This document shows, one piece after another, positions 7,757-17,509 of a DNA stretch of 64,000 nucleotides. Below the pieces are notes generated by a model. That model worked only from the letters and a program-made list of their open reading frames with translations, did not search any database and was not told the origin of the DNA. This stretch comes from an uncultured Gammaproteobacteria bacterium (GTDB taxonomy: Bacteria; Patescibacteriota; Microgenomatia; PFEM01; DATLAM01), in the NCBI GenBank assembly GCA_964566925.1, contig CAZMIZ010000001.1:219968-283967 (forward strand), read 5' to 3'. A program made the position numbers and the translations under genes. Each line of letters begins with the position of its first letter. Position 1 is the first letter of the stretch.

Positions 7757-8104
7757 ATGGATCCAAAAATTGCTGATTATATTAATAAGCAAAAATCACC
7801 CCAAAAAGAAATTTGTCTTGCCTTGAGAAAAATTTTGTTAAAAGTCTTTCCAAAGATAAAAGAAGAAATGGAATGGGGAGTGCCTGTTTATGATGGCGGG
7901 AGATATTATATAGGAGCAGTTAGGCATGGAGTAAATTTCGGATTTGCCATTAGCGGTTTAAACAAAGAGGAAGTGGGGAGATTTGAGGGTAGCGGTAAAA
8001 CAATGAGGCAGATTAAAGTTGAATCACTTAAAGATATTGACGAGAAAAAGTTAGCAGAATTGATAAAATTGGTGAAGAAAAAGGCCTCTTGTAAAGGCTG
8101 TTGA
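7757..8104 (+). CDS. DUF1801 (YdhG-like) protein
   Basis: IADYI...LRKIL...EEMEWGVPVY...EGSGKTMRQIK. Confidence 0.85.
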   Translation: MDPKIADYINKQKSPQKEICLALRKILLKVFPKIKEEMEWGVPVYDGGRYYIGAVRHGVNFGFAISGLNKEEVGRFEGSGKTMRQIKVESLKDIDEKKLAELIKLVKKKASCKGC

Positions 8105-8132
8105 GAATTATTTTTTAAGAAAGGAGGTTTTT

Positions 8133-8612
8133 ATGACTGACAAAAACCAAAACCAAGAATGCTGTCCAAAATTTGATCCTAAGCCCTGGGACGGCAAGGT
8201 CTTTGAATGGAAGAATAAGAAGTTTATTAAAGATAAAGTTTTTACTTTCTTTTACATACCGATAAATTTTGGCGCAGTGGTTAAAAGAATGATGGCTAAA
8301 ATTGAGGGGGCCGGGGCCAAAGCAGAAGATTGGATGAGTTTATCAGACCACACGTCAAAATGGAACATGGATTTATATGTGGCCGTTAACCAAAAAATTC
8401 CAGGCGCAGAAAATGTTATTTTTAATGGTAAGTTTTTAAGTAAAGTTTATGAAGGCGACTTTAAAGAAACAGGCAAATGGTGTAAGGATTTTGAAAGTTT
8501 TGCTAAAGGGAAAGGGTTTAAAGTCAAAAAATGGTATATGTGGTATACCACTTGCCCGAAATGCGCCAAAAAGTACGGCAAGAATTACGTGGTGATTATT
8601 GCCAAGGTATAA
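8133..8612 (+). CDS. conserved Cys-rich putative hydrolase (GyrI-like fold)
   Basis: CCPKFDP and YTTCPKCAKKYGKNYVV motifs; SD AAGGAGG. Confidence 0.75.
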   Translation: MTDKNQNQECCPKFDPKPWDGKVFEWKNKKFIKDKVFTFFYIPINFGAVVKRMMAKIEGAGAKAEDWMSLSDHTSKWNMDLYVAVNQKIPGAENVIFNGKFLSKVYEGDFKETGKWCKDFESFAKGKGFKVKKWYMWYTTCPKCAKKYGKNYVVIIAKV

Positions 8613-8695
8613 ATTTATAGGGGAAGATTAATAAAAAATGGCACTTAGCAAATCAACCTGCTTTATAAAAAACTAATTCAAACTAGAATAACCAT

Positions 8696-9100
8696 ATGTG
8701 GACGTGTCCTAAGTGTGGCCGAATTTTCAGAAGCGCAAATCAACCTCATAGTTGCCAAAAAATTCCTCTGGAAAAGCATTTTAAGAATAAAGAAAAGGCA
8801 AAAGAGCTTTTTAACTATTTAGTGGAGCAAATCAAAAGCAAGATAGGTGAATGTAAAATAATTTCCATCCCTTGTTGCGTTCATTTGTTTGGAAAATATG
8901 ATTTTTTAGCCGCCTTACCAAAGAAAGATAGGCTGGAGATAAGATTTGCGCTAGATCGGAAACTGGACAGTCCGAGATTAAAGCAAAGCGTCCAAATGTC
9001 CTCTAAGGTCTTCAAAAACTGTTTTGACATAAGCTCCAAAGAAGAATTTGACAACGAGTTTCTTGGCTGGTTGAAAAAATCCTATCATCTTAAGGATTGA
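8696..9100 (+). CDS. DUF5655-like protein with N-terminal Zn knuckle
   Basis: MWTCPKCGRIF...HSC; WLKKSY C-terminus. Confidence 0.75.
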   Translation: MWTCPKCGRIFRSANQPHSCQKIPLEKHFKNKEKAKELFNYLVEQIKSKIGECKIISIPCCVHLFGKYDFLAALPKKDRLEIRFALDRKLDSPRLKQSVQMSSKVFKNCFDISSKEEFDNEFLGWLKKSYHLKD

Positions 9101-9134
9101 ATGGAAAAACCGAGCTTTTTGGTATAATCTCAGT

Positions 9135-9701
9135 ATGAAAACGATCTATATCATCCATGGCTGGACGGGTACACCTCAAAATGATTGGCTTCCTTGGTTA
9201 AAGAAAGAATTGGAAAAAAGAAACTGGAAAGTGGTAGTTCCCGAGATGCCCAACACCGATGCACCGGCGATAGAGGAGTGGATTAGCCATTTACAAAAGG
9301 TGGTTAAGGAACTTGATCAGAATGTTTTTTTTGTTGGCCACAGTATTGGTTGCCAGGCAGTTATGAGATATCTATTGACTCAAGACAAACCAAAGGTTGG
9401 CGGCCTGGTGTGTGTGGCCGGATGGTTCACCTTAAAAAATTTAGAAAGCGAAGAAGAACAAGTTGCCAAACCATGGCTGGAAAAACCGATTGATTTTAAA
9501 AGAGTCAAAAAAGCAATTAAAAAGATTATTGCCATTTTTTCGGATAACGATCCCTGGGTGCCCTTTACTGAAAATACCAGTCTTTTTAAGAAGCGGTTAG
9601 GGGCTAAAATTATCAAACTTCATCATAAAGGCCATTTTTCTCAGGATGACGGGATAACTAAAGAAGCGGCGATTCTTCAAGCAACATTAGACCTCGTGTA
9701 G
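9135..9701 (+). CDS. RBBP9/YdeN family alpha/beta hydrolase
   Basis: IIHGW, GHSIG nucleophile elbow, SDNDPWV, GHF. Confidence 0.9.
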   Translation: MKTIYIIHGWTGTPQNDWLPWLKKELEKRNWKVVVPEMPNTDAPAIEEWISHLQKVVKELDQNVFFVGHSIGCQAVMRYLLTQDKPKVGGLVCVAGWFTLKNLESEEEQVAKPWLEKPIDFKRVKKAIKKIIAIFSDNDPWVPFTENTSLFKKRLGAKIIKLHHKGHFSQDDGITKEAAILQATLDLV

Positions 9702-9797
9702 GTTCTCATCTTCCTCCAGGATAGGTGGTGCCTGCGGTAGCAATACAGCCTAAATTGCCCCTTGTATATAAATATTTAAAATGTAAACTCCTCCTTA

Positions 9798-10076
9798 ATG
9801 TTTATGTTTCAGGCCTTTGTTATCTTTTTATTTTTACTTTTATTTTCCTTGCTGGTTGCCACCCTGTTTAGGAAATTTAATAAAGATTTAAGAATTTCAT
9901 TACTTTTCATTATTCCTCTGGCTGTTTTTAGTTTGGGTTTTGCTTTTAGATTGACGGCAAAGCCTGTGGTCGTAGATTTAGGTTTTTTCCTAACGGACTT
10001 TTCTGAATTATTTGTTTCTATTCTGTTTGCAGTTTGCCTTATTCTTGGCCAAATCAGATATTGGAAGATAAAATGA
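9798..10076 (+). CDS. small membrane protein
   Basis: three hydrophobic segments. Confidence 0.6.
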   Translation: MFMFQAFVIFLFLLLFSLLVATLFRKFNKDLRISLLFIIPLAVFSLGFAFRLTAKPVVVDLGFFLTDFSELFVSILFAVCLILGQIRYWKIK

Positions 10077-10090
10077 GTTTCGACCTCATT

Positions 10091-10112
10091 CCTGTCTGCC
10101 TGGCGGCAGACA
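10091..10112. repeat. intergenic GC palindrome (REP-like)
   Basis: TGTCTGCC-TGGC-GGCAGACA; shares CCTGTCTGCC with 54952-61. Confidence 0.55.
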
Positions 10113-10188
10113 TAAGGCGGATCTAAGCCCCTTCTGGTCTAGCCAAGATTTGCCAGAGAGGAGGTTTTTGTTATAATTAATCTCAATT

Positions 10189-10464
10189 ATGAAACCAAAA
10201 ATTCGGGGCTTAATCAGTTTAGGCTTGTTGATTTTTTGGGGAATTTCGGCGCTTAGCGGGTTTATTCTTTATTTAGCCCCTTCCGGACCAAGATCTGGCA
10301 GAGCCATTCTTCCTTTTGATTTTACAAAGCAGGAATGGTCAACAGTGCACACCTGGGTGAGCTTTTTGGCTTTAGGGATTACCTTATTGCACATCATCGT
10401 TGATTGGCAAATTCTAGTGGCGGTGATTAAGTATCTGGTCAAAGGCAAACCAGCTTCAAAATAG
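10189..10464 (+). CDS. DUF4405 membrane protein
   Basis: SG.ILY..P, W..VHTW, LLHI..W. Confidence 0.75.
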   Translation: MKPKIRGLISLGLLIFWGISALSGFILYLAPSGPRSGRAILPFDFTKQEWSTVHTWVSFLALGITLLHIIVDWQILVAVIKYLVKGKPASK

Positions 10465-10836
10465 ATGACCAAAAAAGATTTTCGTGTTTGGGCAGAGAAA
10501 TTTCTGAAAGCCTGGGCCGATTTAAACCCGGAAGGAGCTCTAGTCGTATTAAGTAAAGACGTAGAGTATCATGAATCTCCTTTCTCTGGGCCATGTAAAT
10601 CCTGGCAGGAAGTAGAAGGGTTATGGAAAGTAATTTCCCACAACCAAAAGGACATTACTTATAAACACGATGTTCTTATGGTCGAAGGCGATTTGGGTTT
10701 AATCCACTGGAACGTTAAGCGGACGACCTTACCAGAAGGCAAACATCAAGAGTTTGATGGCGTCTTTTTGGTTCGGCTCAACCAAAAGGGGCGATGCATC
10801 ATGTTTAAGCAGTGGCGGATGATAAAAAAGAGTTAG
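10465..10836 (+). CDS. SnoaL/NTF2-like protein
   Basis: FLKAW...VEYHESPF...DGVFLVRL...FKQW. Confidence 0.8.
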   Translation: MTKKDFRVWAEKFLKAWADLNPEGALVVLSKDVEYHESPFSGPCKSWQEVEGLWKVISHNQKDITYKHDVLMVEGDLGLIHWNVKRTTLPEGKHQEFDGVFLVRLNQKGRCIMFKQWRMIKKS

Positions 10837-10857
10837 ATTCAATGATTTCTTCTAAAG

Positions 10858-11586
10858 ATGAAGAAACTGAAAAAGTCTTTCCTGATTTTAGCGATTGTTG
10901 GTCTTGTTTTCCTCCTCTGTGGGTATTTTCTTTTTCAACTGAGTAAATCCCGGTCATTTCAATTTTTCGGCGGCTTGATTCAGCGAGTGGATACTGACCA
11001 AAAGGTGGTGGCTCTAACCTTTGATGATGCCCCCGTTCCTTATAGTGATGATGTTTTGGAAATCTTGGCTGAAAGGGATGTTAAAGCCACTTTTTTCGTT
11101 ATCGGCCAGGCTCTAGAAAAATTTCCTCAAGAAGGTAAAAACATTGTCCAGGCCGGCCACGAGCTGGGTAATCATTCTTATTCTCATCAGAGGTTTATTC
11201 TTAAATCACAATCCTTTATTGATGCCGAGATCCAAAAAACCAATAGTTTAATCAGAGACACGGGGTATGAGGGGGAGATTACCTTCCGTCCTACTTACAG
11301 CAAAAAACTAGTCGGTTTACCTTGGTATCTTCATCAGCACAACATTAAAACAATTACGTGGGATGTGGAACCAGACACTTATGCGGATCACTTGGAGGAG
11401 GGGGAGTCAAAAACTGAATTTCTGGTTAGTTATACGCTCGAACACACCAGGCCTGGTTCGATTATCTTGCTTCATCCCTTCTGCGAATCTTGCGTGAGTG
11501 ACAGACAGGCAATCGGCAAAATTATAGACGAGCTTCAAGCGAGAGACTATAACTTCGTCACTATCTCGGAGCTATTGAAAAGCTGA
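10858..11586 (+). CDS. membrane-anchored polysaccharide deacetylase (NodB)
   Basis: ALTFDDAP, ATFF, GHELGNHSYSH, FRPTY, IILLH. Confidence 0.92.
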   Translation: MKKLKKSFLILAIVGLVFLLCGYFLFQLSKSRSFQFFGGLIQRVDTDQKVVALTFDDAPVPYSDDVLEILAERDVKATFFVIGQALEKFPQEGKNIVQAGHELGNHSYSHQRFILKSQSFIDAEIQKTNSLIRDTGYEGEITFRPTYSKKLVGLPWYLHQHNIKTITWDVEPDTYADHLEEGESKTEFLVSYTLEHTRPGSIILLHPFCESCVSDRQAIGKIIDELQARDYNFVTISELLKS

Positions 11587-11631
11587 TTTCAAGCCTTATT
11601 AAATCTTTCAATTTAAGGTAAAATAGAAAAG

Positions 11632-12105
11632 GTGATGAAACGGATTTTCAGTTTGATTTTAGCAATTTTAATTTGCCAGGCAGCCGGCCTGATTGGTTCA
11701 ATTTTTACGGCCCCGGCGATTCCCGCCTGGTATGCCGGACTGGCAAAACCAAGTTTTAGCCCGCCCAATTGGCTTTTTGCTCCTGTTTGGCTGATTCTTT
11801 ACACCCTGATGGGAGTGGCCGCTTATTTGATTTGGGAGAAGGGGATTGGCAAGAAAAAAGTCAAGACGGCGCTGACTATTTTTACTATCCAATTAGTTCT
11901 TAATTCTTTTTGGTCAATTATCTTTTTTGGTTGGCGCTTGCCCCAATACGCTTTTTTGGAAATTATCGTCCTCTGGTTTTTTATTTTGTTAACCCTTTTG
12001 AATTTTTACAAAATTTCAAGAACGGCTGGCCTCCTACTAGTGCCTTACCTCTTCTGGGTCAGCTTTGCGGCCCTTCTTAATTATTCGATTTTTAAGCTTA
12101 ATTAA
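11632..12105 (+). CDS. tspO: TspO/MBR family protein
   Basis: WYAGLAKPSFSPPNWLFAPVW..LY, LNSFWS, LLVPYL.W. Confidence 0.93.
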   Translation: MMKRIFSLILAILICQAAGLIGSIFTAPAIPAWYAGLAKPSFSPPNWLFAPVWLILYTLMGVAAYLIWEKGIGKKKVKTALTIFTIQLVLNSFWSIIFFGWRLPQYAFLEIIVLWFFILLTLLNFYKISRTAGLLLVPYLFWVSFAALLNYSIFKLN

Positions 12106-12120
12106 ACTTTTTAATTTACC

Positions 12121-12450
12121 ATGAGGGTTTGGGATCTTCCACCAGCGCCTTTTTGTAAAAACCATCTTTTAGGCGAACACGCCGAGATCCACGCTATTTG
12201 GTCAATTATTACGCAAGGAAAAGAAGGCTATAGCCGCCATCCCGAAGTTGGGCGTTGGCGCGGCAAACTCAAGGCGCTTTACTCAAGACACCATCAGCTG
12301 GCAATGGAATTAGAAAAAAGAGGTTATTCTCATCAGAGCCCGCTTGATATTGAACTGGCCAAAGGAAAGGCGGCTCAAGACAAATTGATTGATTCTCTTC
12401 AAAAACAAAAGGAAATTCTTAAAAATAAAAAATGTGGCTGTCGGGTTTAA
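12121..12450 (+). CDS. pyrimidine dimer DNA glycosylase (T4 endoV-like)
   Basis: MRVWD...HLLGEHAEIH...HPE..RW...RGYSHQSPL. Confidence 0.8.
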   Translation: MRVWDLPPAPFCKNHLLGEHAEIHAIWSIITQGKEGYSRHPEVGRWRGKLKALYSRHHQLAMELEKRGYSHQSPLDIELAKGKAAQDKLIDSLQKQKEILKNKKCGCRV

Positions 12451-12456
12451 TGATGT

Positions 12457-12915
12457 TTATTCAATTTTCTTAATTCTTCCTGAAAAAGTCGTTGTTTGCC
12501 CTTCTCTTTCTAGCTGATAAGAAAATTTTTCGCCTTCTTTTTTGCCTAGGATGGCTTTGCCCAGAGGTGAGTCTGGGGTTAAAAGCTGGATACCACTGAG
12601 GTTAGCTGGCCGGTTGACCAAATAAAAATAATCCTCCCCGTTTTCGTCTTCAAGGTTGATAAAAGAAACCGGCTGAGCGATTTTAACGATTTCCTCTGAA
12701 GCCGCTTCGATCTCTTTTTTTAAGGCCATTAAATTGGCCAAGGACTCTTGGGTGATCCGATCAGCCTCTTCAAAATAGCGGCGGTCGCCTTGCATTGATC
12801 GAGAAAAACCCTTGGCTCTTTTAGCGGCGGTCGCGCTTTTTTCCGCCAAGACCCTGACTCTCTCTATTTCTTGATTGAGTTTTTCTAAAAGTTCACTTTT
12901 TCTTGTTTTGTTCAT
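12457..12915 (-). CDS. GreA/GreB family protein
   Basis: N-terminal coiled coil; C-terminal SPLGKAILGKKEGE. Confidence 0.75.
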   Translation of the reverse strand: MNKTRKSELLEKLNQEIERVRVLAEKSATAAKRAKGFSRSMQGDRRYFEEADRITQESLANLMALKKEIEAASEEIVKIAQPVSFINLEDENGEDYFYLVNRPANLSGIQLLTPDSPLGKAILGKKEGEKFSYQLEREGQTTTFSGRIKKIE

Positions 12916-12949
12916 AATGATTATTTTACAACATTAAGAGAAATGCCTC

Positions 12950-12983
12950 TTGACAACCCTTAACATATAGATTAATATCTATA
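12950..12983 (+). promoter_or_regulatory. promoter TTGACA-N17-TAATAT with overlapping ArsR-type operator
   Basis: TATAGAT-TAAT-ATCTATA palindrome 12966-83 covers the -10. Confidence 0.7.
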
Positions 12984-12987
12984 CATT

Positions 12988-13251
12988 ATGAAGCTATCTT
13001 CGGCTTGTGCTGGTTGCTTTGCCGGGCTCTCTTGCCAAGCCCGAATCGAGATTATTAACCTTTTACAAGAAAAAGGTGAAATGAGCGTGATGGAAATCGC
13101 CAAGCATTTTAAACTTAAGCAGCCCACGATTACCCACCATCTCCAATATTTGAAAGAGGCCGGGGTTTTAGCTTCCAAGAAAAAAGGGAGAAAGGTCTAT
13201 TACTTCATCACCGACAAATGTAAAAAGGGAGAATGCGGAATCTTCGGATGA
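12988..13251 (+). CDS. ArsR/SmtB family regulator, Cys-rich
   Basis: RIEII..L...SV.EIA.HF.LKQPTITHHL..LKEAGV...K.GRKVYY. Confidence 0.9.
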   Translation: MKLSSACAGCFAGLSCQARIEIINLLQEKGEMSVMEIAKHFKLKQPTITHHLQYLKEAGVLASKKKGRKVYYFITDKCKKGECGIFG

Positions 13252-14441
13252 AAACAATCTATCTTGACTACGCGGCGACCACCCCGATTAATCCCCAGGT
13301 TTTGCGGGCAATGATGCCCTATTTAAAAGAGAAGTTCGGTAACCCTTCCTCGGTTCACTTTTGGGGTCAGGAAGCGAGAAAGGCAATTGACCAGGCCAGG
13401 GAAAAGGTAGCCAAGGTTTTAGGCTGCCATCCTTCGGAAGTTTATTTCACCGGGACGACAACCACTAGCGATAATTTAGCCATCCAAGGCATGGCTCGAG
13501 CTGCCCAAAAAGCAGGCCATGGCAACCATTTAATTACTTCTGCGATTGAACATCATGGGGTTTTGGATGTTTGTCGGGCTTTAGAAAAAGAGGGTTTTAA
13601 ATTAACTGTTTTACCGGTTGACCGCTTCGGCTTAGTTGATCCTAGGGCGGTGGGAAAAGCGATTAATAAGAAAACCATTCTGGTTTCTGTCATGTATGCC
13701 AATAATGAGGTCGGCACTATCCAGCCAATTAAAGAAATAAGCACTAGGGTTAAGGCACTAGGCACTAGGTTTGGGAGGAAAATCCCCTTCCATACTGATG
13801 CGGCGGCCACTGCTGATTACTTAGATCTTAAGGTTAAAAAGCTAGGGGTTGACCTGATGACCCTTGGTGGTCATAAATTCGGCGGTCCCAAAGGCGTGGG
13901 CGTCCTTTACCTTAGAAGGGGAGTAAGGATTAAGCCTTTAACTTATGGTGGTCATCATGAAAGGGGTCTTTGGCCCGGGACAGAAGCAACGCCCCTGATC
14001 GTCGGTTTAGCCAAAGCTTTAGAAATTGCCGCCCAAGAAAAGAAAGCGGCGGTTAAAAAAGTGACCCAGCTGAGGGATCGCTTAACTAAAGGAATTTTAA
14101 CCAAAATTCCTGGCTCTCAATTAACCGGTCATCCGCTCAAGAGATTGCCGGATGTTGCTTCTTTTGTGATTAGAGGCGTTGAAGGCGAGGCAATGCTCTT
14201 ACATCTGTCTGATCAAGGGATTGCTGCCTCTTCAGGCAGTGCTTGCACTTCCGGGGTTTTAAAACCCAGTCATGTTTTAACTGCCATGGGAATCCCGCCA
14301 GAATTGGCTCATGGTTCTCTTCGTTTTTCTCTAGGTAAAACAACCACCCCAGAAGAAATTGATTATGTGGTCAAGATTTTGCCGATGATTGTTAAAAAGT
14401 TAAGAAAAATGGCGCCAAAATTAAAGGAGGAAAATGGCTAG
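13248..14441 (+). CDS. iscS: cysteine desulfurase
   Basis: IYLDYAATTP, GNPSSVH, NNEVGT, GGHKFGGPKG (PLP Lys), SSGSACTS. Confidence 0.95.
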   Translation: MKTIYLDYAATTPINPQVLRAMMPYLKEKFGNPSSVHFWGQEARKAIDQAREKVAKVLGCHPSEVYFTGTTTTSDNLAIQGMARAAQKAGHGNHLITSAIEHHGVLDVCRALEKEGFKLTVLPVDRFGLVDPRAVGKAINKKTILVSVMYANNEVGTIQPIKEISTRVKALGTRFGRKIPFHTDAAATADYLDLKVKKLGVDLMTLGGHKFGGPKGVGVLYLRRGVRIKPLTYGGHHERGLWPGTEATPLIVGLAKALEIAAQEKKAAVKKVTQLRDRLTKGILTKIPGSQLTGHPLKRLPDVASFVIRGVEGEAMLLHLSDQGIAASSGSACTSGVLKPSHVLTAMGIPPELAHGSLRFSLGKTTTPEEIDYVVKILPMIVKKLRKMAPKLKEENG

Positions 14442-14817
14442 TCAAATTTATTCCCCAAAAGTAATGGATCATTTTCGTCATCCCCGGAATATGGGGGAAA
14501 TCAAAAACCCTGATAGTATGGCTCAGGTGGGTAATCCTGTTTGTGGTGACGTCATGCGCCTTTTTATTAAAGTCAAGAATAACAAAATTTCGGAGATTAA
14601 GTTCCAAACTTTAGGTTGTGGGGCGGCGATTGCTACCTCGAGCATGTTGACCACCATGGTTAAAGGCCGCTCTCTTAAAGAAGCGCTCAAGATTAGCAAA
14701 AAGGCGATTGCCGAGGCTTTAGGCGGTTTACCTCCAGAAAAGCTTCACTGTTCTGTTTTGGCTGCCGATGCCTTAAAAAAGGCAATCGAGAATTACCAAA
14801 AGAAAAATCGGGTTTGA
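14434..14817 (+). CDS. iscU: Fe-S scaffold IscU/NifU-N
   Basis: HFRHPRNMG, GNPVCGD, GCGAAIA, LPPEKLHCS. Confidence 0.95.
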   Translation: MASQIYSPKVMDHFRHPRNMGEIKNPDSMAQVGNPVCGDVMRLFIKVKNNKISEIKFQTLGCGAAIATSSMLTTMVKGRSLKEALKISKKAIAEALGGLPPEKLHCSVLAADALKKAIENYQKKNRV

Positions 14818-14851
14818 ATTTTCATTCAGGGTTGGCTAAGATAGAAAGTTA

Positions 14852-16567
14852 ATGAGTCAGTTCAATTTTAAAATTGGCGGCGAGGCTGGGTTTGGAATCA
14901 TGGTGACCGGCCTGATTTTTTCTAAAACCGCTACCCGTTCTGGTTATCATATTTTTGATTACACCGAATATCCCTCTTTGATTCGGGGAGGCCACAATAC
15001 TTACCAGGTAACCGTGGGTAAGGATGAGGTTGGGGCTTCACCCAACCAAGTTGACCTTTTGATTGCCTTAAACCAAAGAGCCAGCGAACTTCACGCCAAA
15101 GAACTGACTGCTAATTCGGGAATTATTTTTGACAACAAGGAATTTGCTCTTAAAGGGTTGATTTTAAGGCGAGCCAAGAAACTTTACCCGGTTCCTTTAA
15201 TGCTTTTAGCTAAGAAAGCCGGCGGGACCGAGCTGATGCGTAATACAGTCGCTTTAGGGGCTGCTTTGGCCTTATTAGGTGGTGATCTGGCGGTTTTAAA
15301 AGGGGTGATTAAGGATATCTTCGCTGATAAAAAAGAGGAGATTGTGAAAGTCAATCTTAAGGCGGCCTCATTAGGTTTTGATTATGCCAAGGACAGCTTT
15401 CAACCTTGGGGAAAAGTTTTAACCAAAAGGAAAACAGAAAAAAAACTGGTTTTAACTGGTAACGAAGCCGTTTCTTTAGGAGCGATTGCCGGAGGCTTGA
15501 AATTTTTCGCTGCTTACCCGATGACCCCCGCCTCTTCAATTTTACATATTTTAGCCGCTAAAGCTAAAGAATATGGTTTGGTGGTTAAACATGCCGAAGA
15601 CGAAATTTCGGTCATCAATCTGGCCATCGGGGCCGCTTTGGCCGGGGCCAGGAGCATGGTGGCAACCTCGGGTGGCGGTTTTTCGCTGATGACCGAAGGT
15701 CTGGGCCTAGCCGGGATAACTGAAACTGGGGTAGTTATCGTTAATGCCCAGCGGCCAGGACCGGCCACCGGTGTGCCGACCTGGACCGAACAAGGCGACT
15801 TGCGTTTCATGCTCCACGCGGCTCAAGGCGAATTTCCGCGTATTGTTTTGGCGCCTGGCGACGTCACCGAAGCCTTTTATTTAACCACCCAGGCTTTAAA
15901 TTTAGCGGAAAAATACCAAACCCCAGTGATTATTCTGATTGACAAGTTTTTATCAGAAAGTCACCAAAGCGTTCTTCCTTTTGAAGCTGGGAAAATTAAA
16001 ATTGAAAGAGGGAAATTAATCACTGGTAAAAAGAACTACCGGCGCTACCAGTGGAGTGCTGACGGCGTTTCGCCTCGAACTCTCCCTGGTGAGGAAGAGA
16101 GCTTAAGTTTGGTTAACAGCTATGAACATGATCAGTTTGGTTATGCCACTGAAGAGGGAGGAATGCGAATCAAGATGGTGGAAAAAAGGGCTCAGAAACT
16201 CAAAACTGCTTTGGCGGATCTTCCCGAGCCTCAGCTTTATGGCCCAGAGGAAGCGAGAATTACTTTAGTGGGTTGGGGTTCAACCAAAGGCCCAATTAGA
16301 GAGGCAATTAAAAGTCTAGGCCAAAAGTTTAAAGTTAATCATCTCCATCTTAATTGGCTTTTACCTTTGCCAAACGAAGCAATCAGTCAGACCCTTAACC
16401 AGGCTCCGAAAACCCTTATCATCGAAAATAATCATGATGCCCAGCTAGCGGGTTGGCTCAGAGAGCAAACAGGAGTCGAAATTAAAAACAAACTGCTCAA
16501 GTATGATGGCCGTCCTTTTTATCCTGAAGAGATTGTTAAAAAAGTGAAGGATCTTTATGAAAGCTGA
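14852..16567 (+). CDS. korA: 2-oxoacid:ferredoxin oxidoreductase alpha subunit
   Basis: GGEAGFG, YPSLIRGGH, YPMTPAS, AEDEI, TSGGG, QRPGPATG. Confidence 0.93.
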   Translation: MSQFNFKIGGEAGFGIMVTGLIFSKTATRSGYHIFDYTEYPSLIRGGHNTYQVTVGKDEVGASPNQVDLLIALNQRASELHAKELTANSGIIFDNKEFALKGLILRRAKKLYPVPLMLLAKKAGGTELMRNTVALGAALALLGGDLAVLKGVIKDIFADKKEEIVKVNLKAASLGFDYAKDSFQPWGKVLTKRKTEKKLVLTGNEAVSLGAIAGGLKFFAAYPMTPASSILHILAAKAKEYGLVVKHAEDEISVINLAIGAALAGARSMVATSGGGFSLMTEGLGLAGITETGVVIVNAQRPGPATGVPTWTEQGDLRFMLHAAQGEFPRIVLAPGDVTEAFYLTTQALNLAEKYQTPVIILIDKFLSESHQSVLPFEAGKIKIERGKLITGKKNYRRYQWSADGVSPRTLPGEEESLSLVNSYEHDQFGYATEEGGMRIKMVEKRAQKLKTALADLPEPQLYGPEEARITLVGWGSTKGPIREAIKSLGQKFKVNHLHLNWLLPLPNEAISQTLNQAPKTLIIENNHDAQLAGWLREQTGVEIKNKLLKYDGRPFYPEEIVKKVKDLYES

Positions 16568-17402
16568 AGAATTTATTACTGCCAATAAACCGACTTGGTG
16601 TCCTGGTTGTGGTAACCACACGATTTGGTTGGCTCTTAGAGGGGCCTTAGCTCAACTAAAGATCGCTCCCCATGAAGTAGTTTTAGTTTATGGTATTGGC
16701 TGTTCAGGCAATATGGCCGACTTTATCAAAGCTAACGGCTTTCATGCTCTTCATGGCAGAGGATTACCGGTGGCGGCCGGTATTAAGTTAGCCAATCATC
16801 GGCTTCAGGTGGTCGCTGTTCTTGGGGATGGTGATTGTTATGGGGAGGGGATGAATCATTTGATTTCTGCTAGTCGAGCAAATTTTGATCTTACTTGTTT
16901 GGTTCATAATAATATGGTTTATGGATTAACTACTGGCCAGGCTTCACCGACCTCCGGTAAAGGCTATCAAAGTAAATCCACGCCTGAAGGGGTGATTGAG
17001 GAAGCGGTTAACCCTCTGGCTTTAGCCATTTCCGCTGGGGCGACCTTTGTTTCCCGAGGTTTTGCGGGCGATGCCTCCCATTTAACCAAGCTCATCAGCA
17101 CCGCCATTAAACATAAAGGTTTTTCCTTGGTGGACATTCTTCAACCATGTGTTACCTTTAATAAAACCAACACTTTTGACTGGTATCGGGAACGAGTTTA
17201 CAAATTGAAAGCGGCGACCAGCGATAAAGTTAAAGCTCTTGAAAGATCGCTTGAATGGGGGGACAAGATTCCGATTGGAATTTTCTACAAAAGTAAAAGG
17301 CCGACTTATAAAGATCAGTTGCCCCAGGTCGGCAAAACGCCCTTAGTAAAACAGCCCTTAGGGAAGATTAACTTAGAGAAGTTGTTTAAAGAATTTGTTT
17401 AA
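16557..17402 (+). CDS. korB: 2-oxoacid:ferredoxin oxidoreductase beta subunit
   Basis: WCPGCG, GIGCS, LHGR, GDGD...NN TPP motif, QPCVTFN. Confidence 0.93.
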   Translation: MKAEEFITANKPTWCPGCGNHTIWLALRGALAQLKIAPHEVVLVYGIGCSGNMADFIKANGFHALHGRGLPVAAGIKLANHRLQVVAVLGDGDCYGEGMNHLISASRANFDLTCLVHNNMVYGLTTGQASPTSGKGYQSKSTPEGVIEEAVNPLALAISAGATFVSRGFAGDASHLTKLISTAIKHKGFSLVDILQPCVTFNKTNTFDWYRERVYKLKAATSDKVKALERSLEWGDKIPIGIFYKSKRPTYKDQLPQVGKTPLVKQPLGKINLEKLFKEFV

Positions 17403-17509
17403 ATACTTTAAGAAACGTGTCCTGATTTTTCCTTGCTTGCCCAAAAATGGTAAAATGACTTTGCTGCCCTTGGGGGCAGTTTTTCTTTTTAGGAAGGGGG
17501 TGAAAAGAG

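Noticed and set aside
7757-12450. Integron cassette array
   Set aside because: No attC-like repeats or IntI; genes have their own promoters or are tightly coupled
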